DNA of 64,000 bases, from contig JBBSVQ010000007.1 of the NCBI GenBank assembly GCA_038046725.1, positions 88,306 to 152,305 of the forward strand, in the 5' to 3' direction. The position numbers and the translations under genes are program-made. Below are positions 28,616 to 38,862 of the stretch, in pieces (position 1 is the first letter of the stretch; every line of letters starts with the position of its first letter). The notes beneath the pieces were generated by a model. It did no database searches, was not told where the DNA came from, and saw only the letters and a list, made by a program, of their open reading frames with translations. Origin of the DNA: Thermoplasmatota archaeon (lineage in GTDB: Archaea; Thermoplasmatota; E2; JACPAO01; JAHFTW01).

Positions 28616-28855
28616 ATGACAGACGAACCCGTGGTCAACCTCTACCCCGACGACCCCGACAAACCCACGCTGTGGATCAGCGACGACGCCGGCGCGCCGA
28701 CCGTGGTGCTGCGCAAGGCCTCCGACGGCATCTGGACCGCCCACTTCGACCGCAAGGCCATCGCGGCCGGCCCGACCGCCGAAGACCTCACCGCCCAACT
28801 GTTTGCGGACCATGGCCTGCTCGCTGTCCTCAACGAACACGGCGTGCACGCGTAG
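28616..28855 (+). CDS. Small hypothetical protein
   Basis: 79 aa; strongly GC-rich third codon positions. Confidence 0.6.
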   Translation: MTDEPVVNLYPDDPDKPTLWISDDAGAPTVVLRKASDGIWTAHFDRKAIAAGPTAEDLTAQLFADHGLLAVLNEHGVHA

Positions 28856-29020
28856 AGCTGCACTCCAACTCACCAGCAGCGAGACCTCCATCCTTAAGTC
28901 CCGTTTCGGGGTGGATGGCTCAAGGAGCAGATCCCGCGCAGGCGGGATGGCGGTCCCAGGTTCTCCTGGGGCGGCGTCGTCTCCTCTCTTTGCGTAGCCA
29001 GTCCTCTGGCCTAGGAACCG

Positions 29021-29027
29021 TTTATAT
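29021..29027 (+). promoter_or_regulatory. TATA box of the rpoK-rps2 operon
   Basis: TTTATAT about 55 nt upstream of the rpoK start. Confidence 0.6.
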
Positions 29028-29080
29028 CCCAGTCCTCGTCCGCGGCAGTACCGCAAGCGACCTTCGGTTGCTTTCGGACG

Positions 29081-29281
29081 GTGATCCGCCTGGACTACAC
29101 GCGTTTCGAGAAGGCCCGCATCGTCGGCGCGCGCGCCCTGCAACTGAGCATGGGAGCCCCGCCCTTGATCGAGCTCCCCCCCGAAGTCCGCAACCCGGTT
29201 CAGGTCGCCATGGCGGAGTACGCGGTCGACGCGATTCCCCTCACCGTCCAGCGCAGCCACGCCCACCAGGTGAAGCAATGA
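29081..29281 (+). CDS. rpoK: DNA-directed RNA polymerase subunit K (Rpo6)
   Basis: YTRFEKARIVGARALQLSMGAP. Confidence 0.95.
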   Translation: MIRLDYTRFEKARIVGARALQLSMGAPPLIELPPEVRNPVQVAMAEYAVDAIPLTVQRSHAHQVKQ

Positions 29282-29925
29282 GCGACGAAACCGTTGAGAC
29301 CATCCAATCCGCCTCGAGCGCCGCCCCCGGCACCGAGCTCCTGACCTCCGAGGACGAGTACCTGACCTCGGGCGTGCACATCGGCACGCAGCACAAGACG
29401 GCCGACATGAAGCCGTACATCTTCCGCGTCCGCAACGACGGCCTGTTCGTGTTGGACATCGCCAAGACCGACCTGCAGGTCCGCGCCGCCGCCAAGCTCC
29501 TCGCGAAGTACGACCCCTCGAAGGTCCTCTTCGTGTCGCAGCGCCAGTACGGCCAGAAGCCCGTCAAGGAATGCGCCAAGGCCGTCGGGGCCAACGCCAT
29601 CGCCGGCCGCTTCATGCCCGGCACCTGCACCAACCCCATCGTCTCCGGCTTCATGGAGCCCGACGTGCTGGTCCTCACCGACCCCCTTGGCGACGCCCAG
29701 GCCATGCGCGAGGCGATGAACATCAAGGTCCCCATCCTGGGCCTTGTCGACTCCAACAACGAGACGAAGAACCTCGACGTCGTCATCCCCGCCAACAACA
29801 AGGGCCGCCGCAGCCTCGCCCTCGTCTACTGGCTCCTGGCCCGCGAGATCCTCATGGAGCGCGGCACCATCAAGGACCGCGCCGAGTTCACGTCCACCGT
29901 GGACGACTTCGAAGCCTCCCTCTGA
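29278..29925 (+). CDS. rps2: 30S ribosomal protein S2 (archaeal uS2)
   Basis: YLTSGVHIGTQ, GRFMPGTCTNP, IPANNKGRRSLALVYWLLAREIL; ATGA overlap with rpoK. Confidence 0.96.
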   Translation: MSDETVETIQSASSAAPGTELLTSEDEYLTSGVHIGTQHKTADMKPYIFRVRNDGLFVLDIAKTDLQVRAAAKLLAKYDPSKVLFVSQRQYGQKPVKECAKAVGANAIAGRFMPGTCTNPIVSGFMEPDVLVLTDPLGDAQAMREAMNIKVPILGLVDSNNETKNLDVVIPANNKGRRSLALVYWLLAREILMERGTIKDRAEFTSTVDDFEASL

Positions 29926-30018
29926 TTGGACGGATTGCCCGCTGATTCGCCGGATTCGGTCCGGCAAATCACCTTGCGCATCCGGCGAATCAACTTCGCC
30001 CTCCTTTTCCATCCAATC
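29924..30018. repeat. Periodic palindrome after the rps2 stop (GATTC type)
   Basis: TGATTCGCCGGAT (29943-29955)/ATCCGGCGAATCA (29980-29992), plus outer GATTGGA/TCCAATC. Confidence 0.7.
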
Positions 30019-30053
30019 CTTCTCCCCGCATTTAGCCCCCGGAGGACCACCCC

Positions 30054-32183
30054 TTGGCCATCCCCCTGATCGTCGCCCCGCTCGCCGGACTGCTCGCTCT
30101 CGCCGCCGCAGGCATCCTCGCCCGCGGCATCCTCAAGGCCCCCACTGGGGACGCCAAGATGGTCGAAATCTCCGACGCCATCCGCGAGGGTGCCATGGCG
30201 TACATGAACCGCCAGTACCGCGTCATCTTCATCGTCGCCGCCATCCTCATGGCCGTCTTCCTCGGCGTCGCCCTGACGCGCGACGTGGCCGCGGACAAGG
30301 TTGAGTGGCTGTGGACCACGGCGGGCTTCGTCGTGGGCGCCGCCTTCAGCGCCATCGCCGGCTACATCGGCATGAACATCAGCGTGCGCGCCAACGTGCG
30401 CACCGCCAACGCCGCGCGCTCCGGCCTGGCCCCCGCCCTCAAGATCGCCTTCAACGGCGGCGCCGTCAGCGGCCTTGCCGTCGCCGGCCTCGCCCTGCTG
30501 GGCGTCTCGGGCTTCTACTACCTCTTCGACAACCAGTTCGGCATGGAGGACCCGGTCACGCCGCTCATCGGCTTCGCCTTCGGCGCCTCCCTCATCAGCC
30601 TGTTCGCCCGTGTCGGCGGCGGCATCTACACGAAGGCCGCCGACGTCGGCGCGGACCTCGTCGGCAAGGTCGAGGCCGGCATCCCCGAGGACGACCCCCG
30701 CAACCCGGCCGTCATCGCGGACAACGTCGGCGACAACGTCGGCGACTGCGCCGGAATGGGCGCCGACCTCTTCGAGACGTACGCGGTCACCGCCATCGCG
30801 GCGCTGTTCCTCGGCTTCCTGCTCGCCGGCAGCGTCGTGACGAGCCTGGTGGTCTACCCCTTGCTCCTCGGCGCCGTCGCCATCTTCGCCAGCATCCTGG
30901 CCATCCCCTTCGTCCGCCTCGGCAAGCCGAACAAGGACGGCAGCCCGAACATCATGGGCGCCCTGTACAGGGGCGTCTTCGTCTCGGCCGGCATCGCCGC
31001 CCTCGGATTCTACTTCGTCACGCAGCAGGTCCTCGACGACGAGGCCCTCGCCATCCTGTCGGGCGTGACGGGCCATGACGTCAGCCTCATGGACGTCTTC
31101 TTCACGACCCTCGTCGGCATGGCCGTCATGGTCCTGATGATGTTCGTCACCGAGTACTACACGGCCACGCAGTACCCGCCCGTGCAGCGCGTCGCCAAGG
31201 CCTCCGAGACCGGCGCCGCGACCAACATCATCTCCGGCCTCGCCGTCGGCATGCAGTCCGTCGCCCTGCCGGTCCTCGTCATCGCAGTCGCGATGTTCGC
31301 CGCCTACAACATGGCCGGCCTGTACGGCATCGCCATCGCCGCAGTCGCCATGCTCTCGGTCACGGGCATGGTCGTCGCCATGGACACGTACGGCCCCATC
31401 ACCGACAACGCCGGTGGCATCGCCGAAATGGCGGGCCTGCCGCACGAGGTCCGCGTCCACACCGACGCCCTCGACGCCGTCGGCAACACGACGAAGGCCG
31501 TCACGAAGGGGTACGCCATCGGCTCCGCCGCCTTGGCCGCCCTTGCCTTGTTCGCGGATTACACGCACCGCATCGACAACTTCCTCTTCGAGCAGGGCGA
31601 GGCGCCGCTGCGCTTCCTCATCGACGAGCCCCTGGTCCTCATCGGCCTCATCATCGGTGCCATGCTGCCCTTCCTGTTCTCGGCCTTCCTCATGGAGGCC
31701 GTCGGCAAGGCCGCGGGCAGCATCATCGAGGAAGTCCGCCGCCAGTTCCGCGAGATCCCCGGCATCATGGAAGGCACCGCCAAGCCGCAGTACGGCAAGT
31801 GCGTCGACATCGTCACGAAGGCCGCCCTGCGTGAGATGGCCATCCCTGGCGCCATCGCCGTCCTGGCCCCGCTCGTCGTCGGCTTCCTGTGGGGCCCCCT
31901 GGCCCTCGGCGGACTGCTCATCGGCGTCCTCGCGTCCGGCCTCATGATGGCCCTCGCCATGTCCAACGGCGGCGGCGCCTGGGACAACGCCAAGAAGCTC
32001 ATCGAGAAGCAGGGCCGCAAGGGCTCCGAGCCGCACAAGGCCGCCGTCGTCGGCGACACCGTCGGCGACCCGTACAAGGACACGGCCGGCCCGTCCATCA
32101 ATGCGCTCATCAAGGTCATCAACACGGTGTCCCTGATCTTCGCGGGCCTCATCGTGTCCTACGGCGGATTCCTGCTGAACTAG
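30054..32183 (+). CDS. hppA: Membrane-bound pyrophosphatase, probably the K+-independent H+-translocating type
   Basis: [35 protein letters not shown] (Lys at the K+-dependence site), [14 protein letters not shown]. Confidence 0.96.
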   Translation: MAIPLIVAPLAGLLALAAAGILARGILKAPTGDAKMVEISDAIREGAMAYMNRQYRVIFIVAAILMAVFLGVALTRDVAADKVEWLWTTAGFVVGAAFSAIAGYIGMNISVRANVRTANAARSGLAPALKIAFNGGAVSGLAVAGLALLGVSGFYYLFDNQFGMEDPVTPLIGFAFGASLISLFARVGGGIYTKAADVGADLVGKVEAGIPEDDPRNPAVIADNVGDNVGDCAGMGADLFETYAVTAIAALFLGFLLAGSVVTSLVVYPLLLGAVAIFASILAIPFVRLGKPNKDGSPNIMGALYRGVFVSAGIAALGFYFVTQQVLDDEALAILSGVTGHDVSLMDVFFTTLVGMAVMVLMMFVTEYYTATQYPPVQRVAKASETGAATNIISGLAVGMQSVALPVLVIAVAMFAAYNMAGLYGIAIAAVAMLSVTGMVVAMDTYGPITDNAGGIAEMAGLPHEVRVHTDALDAVGNTTKAVTKGYAIGSAALAALALFADYTHRIDNFLFEQGEAPLRFLIDEPLVLIGLIIGAMLPFLFSAFLMEAVGKAAGSIIEEVRRQFREIPGIMEGTAKPQYGKCVDIVTKAALREMAIPGAIAVLAPLVVGFLWGPLALGGLLIGVLASGLMMALAMSNGGGAWDNAKKLIEKQGRKGSEPHKAAVVGDTVGDPYKDTAGPSINALIKVINTVSLIFAGLIVSYGGFLLN

Positions 32184-32299
32184 GGCCCCGGTCGCACCCG
32201 CGGGAGCGCCATTTGTGGGGCGCAAGCCCGTGCCTGTCGTGCATTGCCTCGGGGCCAACCCTCTTTAGCGCGATGCGCTGATGGGTTGCGGGTTTCCTC

Positions 32300-32704
32300 A
32301 TGCCCGTCAACCAAACCCCGACGCTGAAGACGCAGAACTCCCGCATCATGGCCCGCGCCACGGAGTTGTGCCAGACCTTGTACAACACGTCAGGTCAGTC
32401 GATGTACCTGTATCTCGACGACCACAGCAAGACCTGCAACGGTCGCTTCGCCAAGCTGCTTGGCTACTCCAGCCCAGACGCGTGGGCTGCCGTGACGACG
32501 TCGTTCCCGCAGGCCTTCGTGGCCCCGGCGAGCCAGGAGCTCCTCGTGGACACGTACCAGGCCGCGATCAACGAAGGCGTTGCCGGCAAGATTCCGGTGA
32601 CGTGGCGGCGCAAGGACGGCAAGACGGTGGACACGAACGTCATCCTCGTGCCCGTGGACATCGAGGGCCACCGCGTGGCCCTGCACTTCATCGAAGACGC
32701 CTAG
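32300..32704 (+). CDS. Stand-alone PAS-domain protein
   Basis: CNGRFAKLLGYSS...WRRKDGKTV. Confidence 0.75.
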   Translation: MPVNQTPTLKTQNSRIMARATELCQTLYNTSGQSMYLYLDDHSKTCNGRFAKLLGYSSPDAWAAVTTSFPQAFVAPASQELLVDTYQAAINEGVAGKIPVTWRRKDGKTVDTNVILVPVDIEGHRVALHFIEDA

Positions 32705-32740
32705 GCGCGGCTTCTTGAGCGGGCCCCGCCTGGGCTCGTC

Positions 32741-33916
32741 GTGCCCGGCTTTTCGCCCCGCATGCAGCGCATCACGGCGTCGGCGACCGTTGCCATCAGC
32801 AACCTCGTGGCCCAGAAGCGGCGCGAAGGCGCGGACGTGGTCTCCTTCTCCGTGGGCGAGCCCGATTTCGACACGCCGCAGCACATCAAGGACGCCGCCA
32901 TCAGGGCCCTGCAGGAGGGCAAGACGAAGTACGTGCCCGGCCCCGGCATCCCCGAGTTGCGCGAGGCCGTGGCCGCGTACCACGCCAAAGACAACGCCAT
33001 CCCGTGCAAGGCGGAGAACGTGCTCATCGCGCCGTCGAAGCAGAGCGTCCTGTACTCCATCTTGGCCGTTGCCGACCAAGGCGACGAGGTCATCCTCCCG
33101 GACCCGGCGTGGGTGAGCTACGAACCCATGGTGCAGTGGGCGCACGCCAAGCCCGTGGGAGTCAAGCTGACGGGGGAGACCGGTTTCCGCATGACGGCCG
33201 ACGCGGTGGCCGAACGCATCACCAAGAAGACGCGCGCCATCGTGCTCAACAGCCCCTCCAATCCGACGGGCGGAGTGAACACCGACGCGGACGTCAAAGG
33301 CATCGCGGACCTCGCCAAGGACCACGACCTGTGGGTCATTTCCGACGAGATGTACCAGAAGATCCGCTACGACGGGGCGCCGCACCTGAGCCCAGCCAGC
33401 CTGCCCGGCATGTTCGAGCGCACCATCACCCTCGACGGCTGCTCCAAGACGTACGCCATGACCGGCTGGCGCATTGGCTGGGCCGTCGCCCCCAAGCCCG
33501 CCTGGGTCCAACTCGACAAGCTGCAGTCCCAATCGTTGACGCACTGCACCTCCTTCGCGCAGTACGGCGCCGTCGCCGCCGTGGCAGGCCCCAAGGACTC
33601 CGTCGAAACGATGCGCAAGGAATTCCAGGCACGCCGCGACCTCATCGTGGCCGGATTGCGCAAGCTCCCAGGCGTCACCTGCCCGAACCCCGGCGGCGCG
33701 TTCTACGTCTTTCCCCGCTTCGAAGCCAAATCGTGGGGGGGCCTCGACGACAGCCGCCTCGCGGAGGAGCTCCTCGCAAAGGCCAACGTCGCAACCACGC
33801 CGGGGTCAAGCTTCGGCGCCAACGGAGCCGGCCACCTGCGATTGAGCTACGCCACGAGCCGCGACCGCATCCAGGACGGCCTGAAGCGCATGGCGGATTT
33901 CCAGAAGGGTCTCTGA
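32741..33916 (+). CDS. Class I/II PLP-dependent aminotransferase (aspartate aminotransferase-like)
   Basis: VGEPDFDTP, NSPSNPTG, SDEMY, SKTYAMTGWRIG, GAFY, LRLSYA. Confidence 0.93.
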   Translation: MPGFSPRMQRITASATVAISNLVAQKRREGADVVSFSVGEPDFDTPQHIKDAAIRALQEGKTKYVPGPGIPELREAVAAYHAKDNAIPCKAENVLIAPSKQSVLYSILAVADQGDEVILPDPAWVSYEPMVQWAHAKPVGVKLTGETGFRMTADAVAERITKKTRAIVLNSPSNPTGGVNTDADVKGIADLAKDHDLWVISDEMYQKIRYDGAPHLSPASLPGMFERTITLDGCSKTYAMTGWRIGWAVAPKPAWVQLDKLQSQSLTHCTSFAQYGAVAAVAGPKDSVETMRKEFQARRDLIVAGLRKLPGVTCPNPGGAFYVFPRFEAKSWGGLDDSRLAEELLAKANVATTPGSSFGANGAGHLRLSYATSRDRIQDGLKRMADFQKGL

Positions 33917-33943
33917 CGTGGGCGCATTTCCAGGAGGGGCCAG

Positions 33944-34006
33944 CGCAGAGCGCACAGAGACCACAGAGGGTTACCATCCTCTGCGCCCCTCTGTGGGCTC
34001 TGTGCG
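33944..34006. repeat. 9-nt-periodic palindrome (CACAGAG type)
   Basis: CGCAGAG-CG-CACAGAG-AC-CACAGAG, loop GGTTACCA, then CTCTGCG..CTCTGTG..CTCTGTGCG. Confidence 0.8.
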
Positions 34007-34032
34007 AACCCCTGGGAGACTGAGGGGCTAGC

Positions 34033-34554
34033 ATGTTGCCGGTCTTTCGCTACGCGAAGGTCTTCCTGCGCCTCGGCCGACGCGGCAAGGTCGGCCTGCG
34101 CGAGGACAGCACCATCACGTTCCGCGTGTGGCCCAACGACCTCGACCTCAACGGCCACCTCACCAACAGCCGCTACTTCGCCCTCATGGACGCGGCGCGC
34201 TACGACATGGTCATCCGCAGCGGAACGTGGGCGGCGTGGAAGCGCAACGGCTGGTTCCCCGTCGTCGCGTCGCAGCGCATCCGCTTCCGCAAGTCGCTCG
34301 CACCGTGGGTGACGTACACGATCCGCACCCGGACCTTGGGTTGGGACGAGCGCAACCTGTACATCGGCCAGGTCTTCGAGCGCAACGGCCAGGTGCACGC
34401 CGAGGCCACCATCCGGGCGGCCATCCTGCAAAAGGGCGGCGGGCGCGTGTCGATGGACGACTTGATGAAGGCGTCCGGCTGGGAAGGTCCGATTCCCGAG
34501 CTTCCCGAACGCGTCAAGTTGTGGGTGCGCTCGGAACTGATGGACGGCGCCTGA
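34033..34554 (+). CDS. Thioesterase family (4HBT-like hotdog fold) protein
   Basis: RVWPNDLDLNGHLTNSRYFALMDAAR, IRFRKSL, LGWDER. Confidence 0.88.
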   Translation: MLPVFRYAKVFLRLGRRGKVGLREDSTITFRVWPNDLDLNGHLTNSRYFALMDAARYDMVIRSGTWAAWKRNGWFPVVASQRIRFRKSLAPWVTYTIRTRTLGWDERNLYIGQVFERNGQVHAEATIRAAILQKGGGRVSMDDLMKASGWEGPIPELPERVKLWVRSELMDGA

Positions 34555-35605
34555 CGACGAGGCCTGCCACGACGGCGCCCAAGGACAGGTCGACGTAGTA
34601 CGTGAGTCCGCGCCAAACCACGAGGAACGCCGGGGTCAACCCGGGGGCGAGAGGCGTGAGAAGGGTCAAGGCCGCGACCTCGGCCAGTCCCGTTCCGCCG
34701 GGCAAGGCGGGGACGCTGGCGATCATGACGACGAGGACGCCGGCGAGGTACACGGCGTCGTACGGTGCAGCAAACCCGAAGCCCTTGAGGACGACCCAGA
34801 GGATGCTGAGCTCGCAAGTCCACAAGGCGACGGACAGGACTGCTGCAGCGGCAAGCGAGGCCGGGCGCTGGCGCACGAGTTGCCGCAGGCCTCCCGTGAC
34901 TTCGCGGAAGAACGCGGCGATGGCGGGGGCGTGGTCGCGCACGGGGCGGCCCCGCATGCGGGCGGGGATGTTGGCGAGGGCGGAGCATGCGCGCGAGACG
35001 GGTTGCGGCCGCACGAGAATCAGAACCACGAGGGCGACCATGGCGGCGAGGCCGACGACGGCGAGCAGGCCAAGCGCCTGCACGTTTCCCGTGTCGCCGA
35101 AGAGCAGCGGAAGCACGAGGACCGCGATGGTGCCGAGGCTGAGGAAGAACAGCATGTCCACGGCGCGGTCGGCGAGGATCGTCTGGCTTGCCGCTGCTCC
35201 CGATGCCCCGCCGCGCACGAGCATCGCGATTCGCCACGGCTCGCCCCCGACGCGGCCCGGCGTGACGGCCGCCGCGAATAGGCCCGAGGTGACCAGGGTC
35301 ACGGCGCGGCCGTAGCGGACGGGGGCCCCGAGGGCGTCACCGAGGACTTTGATGCGCAAACCCCAGCACGCCTGCATCAGAAGGTGGAGGCCGATGGCGG
35401 CGGGAATGGTCCACACCGACAATCGGCGCAACTCGGCCACGACGTCGGACCCGTGCCGGCTCTGGTAGTACACGGAGAGCGTCACCAGGGTGGCGATGCT
35501 GATGCCGACGGCCCACGGGACGAGGCGGCGGTACTTGCGGTAGGCGACGCCCGGTTCGTGCGCGTTGACGGACGGCGTGTCACCTGGCAGGACGTCGGCG
35601 GTCAA
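34514..35605 (-). CDS. Lysylphosphatidylglycerol synthase TM-domain / UPF0104 flippase-like protein
   Basis: AAVTPGRVGGEP, DRAVD, PALPGGTGLAE, WRGLTYY; TTG start inferred. Confidence 0.85.
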   Translation of the reverse strand: MTADVLPGDTPSVNAHEPGVAYRKYRRLVPWAVGISIATLVTLSVYYQSRHGSDVVAELRRLSVWTIPAAIGLHLLMQACWGLRIKVLGDALGAPVRYGRAVTLVTSGLFAAAVTPGRVGGEPWRIAMLVRGGASGAAASQTILADRAVDMLFFLSLGTIAVLVLPLLFGDTGNVQALGLLAVVGLAAMVALVVLILVRPQPVSRACSALANIPARMRGRPVRDHAPAIAAFFREVTGGLRQLVRQRPASLAAAAVLSVALWTCELSILWVVLKGFGFAAPYDAVYLAGVLVVMIASVPALPGGTGLAEVAALTLLTPLAPGLTPAFLVVWRGLTYYVDLSLGAVVAGLVVRRRPSVPSAPTT

Positions 35606-35654
35606 CGCGCGCCGAGCGGAGCGGGGGGTCTTCAAGTCGCGGGCGGTTCCAACC

Positions 35655-35717
35655 AACCACGAATTGCACGAAACCGCACGAAAGTGTCCGTTCGTGGTCT
35701 TCGTGAAATTCGTGGTT
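35655..35717. repeat. 9-nt-periodic palindrome (CACGAA type)
   Basis: AACCACGAATTGCACGAA...TTCGTGAAATTCGTGGTT; second copy of the 26439 element. Confidence 0.85.
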
Positions 35718-35726
35718 CGTTGCCGG

Positions 35727-37919
35727 CTACTTCGCCGGCACGCCGAACTTGCCCGCGAGCCGGGAGCCCACGGGCCAGCCAGCGGACGTCGCGGCGTCCT
35801 CGATGCCGGGCCGGATGGCGCCCGTCGGGCATGCGTCGAAGCAGGCGCCGTCGGCGATGCACAGGTCACGGTCGACGCGGGCGGTGTCCGTCACGATGGC
35901 GGCATTCGTCGGGCAAGCGGCTTCGCAGCCGTTGCACACGATGCAGTCCGCGGCGAGGACCCAGGCCTTCTTCGGCTCCGGGGTCGCGGCGGCTTGCTTC
36001 TTGATGGCGGCGACATCGATGGTCTTGGCGCCGGTCTTGGCGACGTCGTGGCTGGCGTCCGCCTTGGCGACGACCTTGACTTCGACGGCCTTGACGTTGA
36101 GCGTGACGCCCTCGGCTTGCACGGCGGCTCGCAGGGCATCGATGACCTTCTGGGCGGCGGCGTAGTCGGGGAACAGCTTGGCTTCCTCGGGGGTCGGGTC
36201 GGCGACGTCGAGGGCCGGCTTCAGGCTCCAGGGGTCGACGAGTTTGCCGGCGACGAAGGCCTTGGCGAGCACGAGTTTGCCGCGCACGGTCTGCGTCATG
36301 GACAAGTTGCCCGGGTTGGGCACGGCCTGGGCGCTGGCGAGGTCGATGCCCCAGACGTCCTGGGACAGCATGGCGAGGCGGTCGCCGCCGCGCGCGAGGT
36401 CGGCGGCCACATCGGCCGCTTGAACGCCCAGCGTCTTGTGGCGGCGGTACTTGATGGCGCCGCCGGTGCGCATGAGGAGTGGGTTTCCTGCCGCGAGCTG
36501 GAAGCCGAGGCTTGGGGCCGGGATGGGGCCCTTGACCGGCATCTTCCACACGAACTCCGGCACCGGCGCCGGGTACGGGAACACCATGCCGGGGTTCATC
36601 AGGACGCGGAAGTCGGACTGCGTCTTCATCGCCTTCAGCTTGCGGTAGCGCACTTCGCCGAAGACGGACTTCGATTCCCACTGCAGCCAGACGCCGGAGT
36701 GGTAGGACTTGCCGCCGACGCGCTTGGCCTCGGCGAGAATCCACGCCGACGTGCCCCAGCCGAGCGGGTAGTTCGTGCGGCGCTCGTCGTCGAGGGTGAA
36801 GATGAAGAAGTACACGCGGCCGTCGTCGGTGACGTGGCCCTCGACGGAGAGCTCCGACACGGCGACTTTGGCGCGCAGCGACTTGAGGTACTCGGCCAGG
36901 CGGGCGACGGGCACGAAGGTCTCACCCGCCACCAGGCTGGGACCGAGCTTCTTGGCGCGGATCGGGTAGAAGCGCGCGGCCCACTCGTCCGCGGCCAGCT
37001 TCTCATCCATGACCTCGCCGCCGACGCGGGCGGCCAGGCGTTCGAGGTCGGCCTTGGCGGCGTTCAGGTCGGCTTCCTTGAAGACGAGCAGGACCGCGTT
37101 CTTGCCGGCGAACGGGTTCTTCTTCTGTCCCGTCGCCTCGGCGCGCAGGGCGAAGAAGTCGGCGTTGTGGAACATGACGTGCTTCGGCTTGAAGCGCGAA
37201 GTGGCCTCGGCAACGACCTGCTGCAGGCCATCCTCGGTCTTGGTGGCGATGAGGATGGCTTTCTCCGGCGTCGCCTCGACGACGCGCAGCTTGACGGACG
37301 TGATGATTCCGGTGGAGCCGCCCAGGCCGGCGACGAAGCCAATCTGTTCCTGGTCGCGCAGGCTGAAGCGCTGGCCGTCGGGGCCGACGCCCTCGAGCTC
37401 CTGGATGTGCTTGCCAATGTTGCCGGCGCGCGTGGAGTGGATGCCGTGGCCGTCCATGGCCACGAAGCCGCCGATGGTGGCGGCGAGCGCCGACGTCGGG
37501 TAGCACGGCAGCTCCAGGCCGACGTCGTTGAGGCGCTTCTGCAGGTCCCAGATGACGACGCCGGCGTCGGCGCGCACGGTCATGGCCTTCTCGTCGACCT
37601 CGATGGTCTTGTTCATCGGCGTGACGTCGATGACGATGCCGGCGCGCTTGGGGACGGCGCCGCCGTACGCGTTCGTGGCCGCGGCCCGCGGCGTCATGGG
37701 GATGCGGCGCTTGAGGCAGAAGTTGACGACCGTCTCGACGTCCTCGAGCGTGCGGCAGCGGACGACGGCGTCGGCCTTGCGGTTGACGAGGAGGTCCACG
37801 ATTCCCGGCGGGGCGCCCATGTCGGTCGAGTACACGATGCGGTCGGCCTCGCCCCACAGGACGTTCTCACGGCCCATGCGGGCGGCCAGCTGCTCGAGGT
37901 CGCTCTTCTTGATCGACAT
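35727..37919 (-). CDS. FAD-binding oxidoreductase (GlcD/D-lactate dehydrogenase-like) with a C-terminal 2x[4Fe-4S] ferredoxin
   Basis: PRAAATNAYGGAVP, YPTSALAATIGG, GSTGIIT, LMNPG; CIVCNGCEAACP and CIADGACFDACP. Confidence 0.88.
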   Translation of the reverse strand: MSIKKSDLEQLAARMGRENVLWGEADRIVYSTDMGAPPGIVDLLVNRKADAVVRCRTLEDVETVVNFCLKRRIPMTPRAAATNAYGGAVPKRAGIVIDVTPMNKTIEVDEKAMTVRADAGVVIWDLQKRLNDVGLELPCYPTSALAATIGGFVAMDGHGIHSTRAGNIGKHIQELEGVGPDGQRFSLRDQEQIGFVAGLGGSTGIITSVKLRVVEATPEKAILIATKTEDGLQQVVAEATSRFKPKHVMFHNADFFALRAEATGQKKNPFAGKNAVLLVFKEADLNAAKADLERLAARVGGEVMDEKLAADEWAARFYPIRAKKLGPSLVAGETFVPVARLAEYLKSLRAKVAVSELSVEGHVTDDGRVYFFIFTLDDERRTNYPLGWGTSAWILAEAKRVGGKSYHSGVWLQWESKSVFGEVRYRKLKAMKTQSDFRVLMNPGMVFPYPAPVPEFVWKMPVKGPIPAPSLGFQLAAGNPLLMRTGGAIKYRRHKTLGVQAADVAADLARGGDRLAMLSQDVWGIDLASAQAVPNPGNLSMTQTVRGKLVLAKAFVAGKLVDPWSLKPALDVADPTPEEAKLFPDYAAAQKVIDALRAAVQAEGVTLNVKAVEVKVVAKADASHDVAKTGAKTIDVAAIKKQAAATPEPKKAWVLAADCIVCNGCEAACPTNAAIVTDTARVDRDLCIADGACFDACPTGAIRPGIEDAATSAGWPVGSRLAGKFGVPAK

Positions 37920-38009
37920 TCGACGGGACCTGGGTCGGCCACTCGGAGGGCTCTCTTCAGGGTTTCCTAGCGCCTCTCCTGGGGGGCTGGCTTCGAGGGC
38001 CGTGGCCTG

Positions 38010-38750
38010 CTAGGCCGCCACTTGGAACATTTGCGCCTTGGTGGCCCCATGGTACAGGGTCAGGACGGAGTCCATGGTGAAGTCCCGCGTGCTGGGCAGG
38101 ACCTGGTTGCCGAAGCTGACCTGCATGCGCAGTTCGGTGGCCTCGGGGTGGACGTCGTCGCCGGCGATGGACACCCGGAAGGGACTCACTAGGTTGTAGC
38201 CGTTGTACAGGGCGAAGCCGCGCCCGTCGGTGATGGTGATGTCCAGTTTGGTCGAGTTTGCCATGAGCGGCGCCGAAGCCCACATGGCTTCCACGGTGAC
38301 CTCCGCCGGCCGGTCGGCGGCGAGCGGGACGGCCCACTCGCATGACGAGCACATCGATCCACCCTCCGCCGCCTCGCCTGGGCTGGTGTACGCGTAGGCC
38401 CGGAAATACGGCGCCACCGTCGGCAGGGGCAGAAGTTGCAGGATGACGCGCGTAATCTTTCCCGCCTCGACGTCGACGACTTGCGTCGCCGCCTGGCCGG
38501 TGGGGAGGCTGGTCGTGAGCGTGTAGAAGCCGGGGGGGACCTCGCGGAACGTGAAGCCGCCAAACGCGCTCGTCTGGTCGACGAGGCCGAGTTGGACGAG
38601 GTGCACGCTCTGGTTGCCGAAGGGCTGCAGGAAATGGTCGAGGACGGCGCCGTCAATCTGACCCGTCGGCAGCGCGGCCTGCGGCGGCTCCCCCGCAAAG
38701 CATCCCGCAAGCACCGCGGGAAGGGCCAACAGGAGCAAGGCGCCCTTCAA
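38010..38750 (-). CDS. Lipoprotein with a carboxypeptidase-regulatory-like (CarboxypepD_reg) domain
   Basis: Lipobox LAGC; TGQIDGAVLD...TSAFGGFTFREVPPGFYTL; AGGAGG ribosome-binding site before the TTG. Confidence 0.75.
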   Translation of the reverse strand: MKGALLLLALPAVLAGCFAGEPPQAALPTGQIDGAVLDHFLQPFGNQSVHLVQLGLVDQTSAFGGFTFREVPPGFYTLTTSLPTGQAATQVVDVEAGKITRVILQLLPLPTVAPYFRAYAYTSPGEAAEGGSMCSSCEWAVPLAADRPAEVTVEAMWASAPLMANSTKLDITITDGRGFALYNGYNLVSPFRVSIAGDDVHPEATELRMQVSFGNQVLPSTRDFTMDSVLTLYHGATKAQMFQVAA

Positions 38751-38862
38751 CAGGTAGCGAGCCTCCTGGCCAGGGATAAGGCTTGTCGGCGCGTTGTCCA
38801 AGTGATTCGGGCCGGGGTGGGCTGCCGGCATCGCCCCGTCGCCGAGGCCGGGGTCCGCCACC

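Noticed and set aside
28606-29925. 439-aa N-terminally extended uS2
   Set aside because: The extension overlaps rpoK and a small gene in other frames; the real start is the ATG at 29278, which overlaps the rpoK stop.
29826-32258. 810-aa minus-strand ORF; likewise 6829-8895, 17354-18952, 35565-37970, 44843-46555 and 58387-60084
   Set aside because: These are shadow ORFs antisense to well-supported genes, expected at this GC content and codon bias; they carry no motifs.
26439-35717. CRISPR repeat (identical 18-mer seen twice)
   Set aside because: The copies are 9 kb apart and each is one arm of a local palindrome; there are no spacers.
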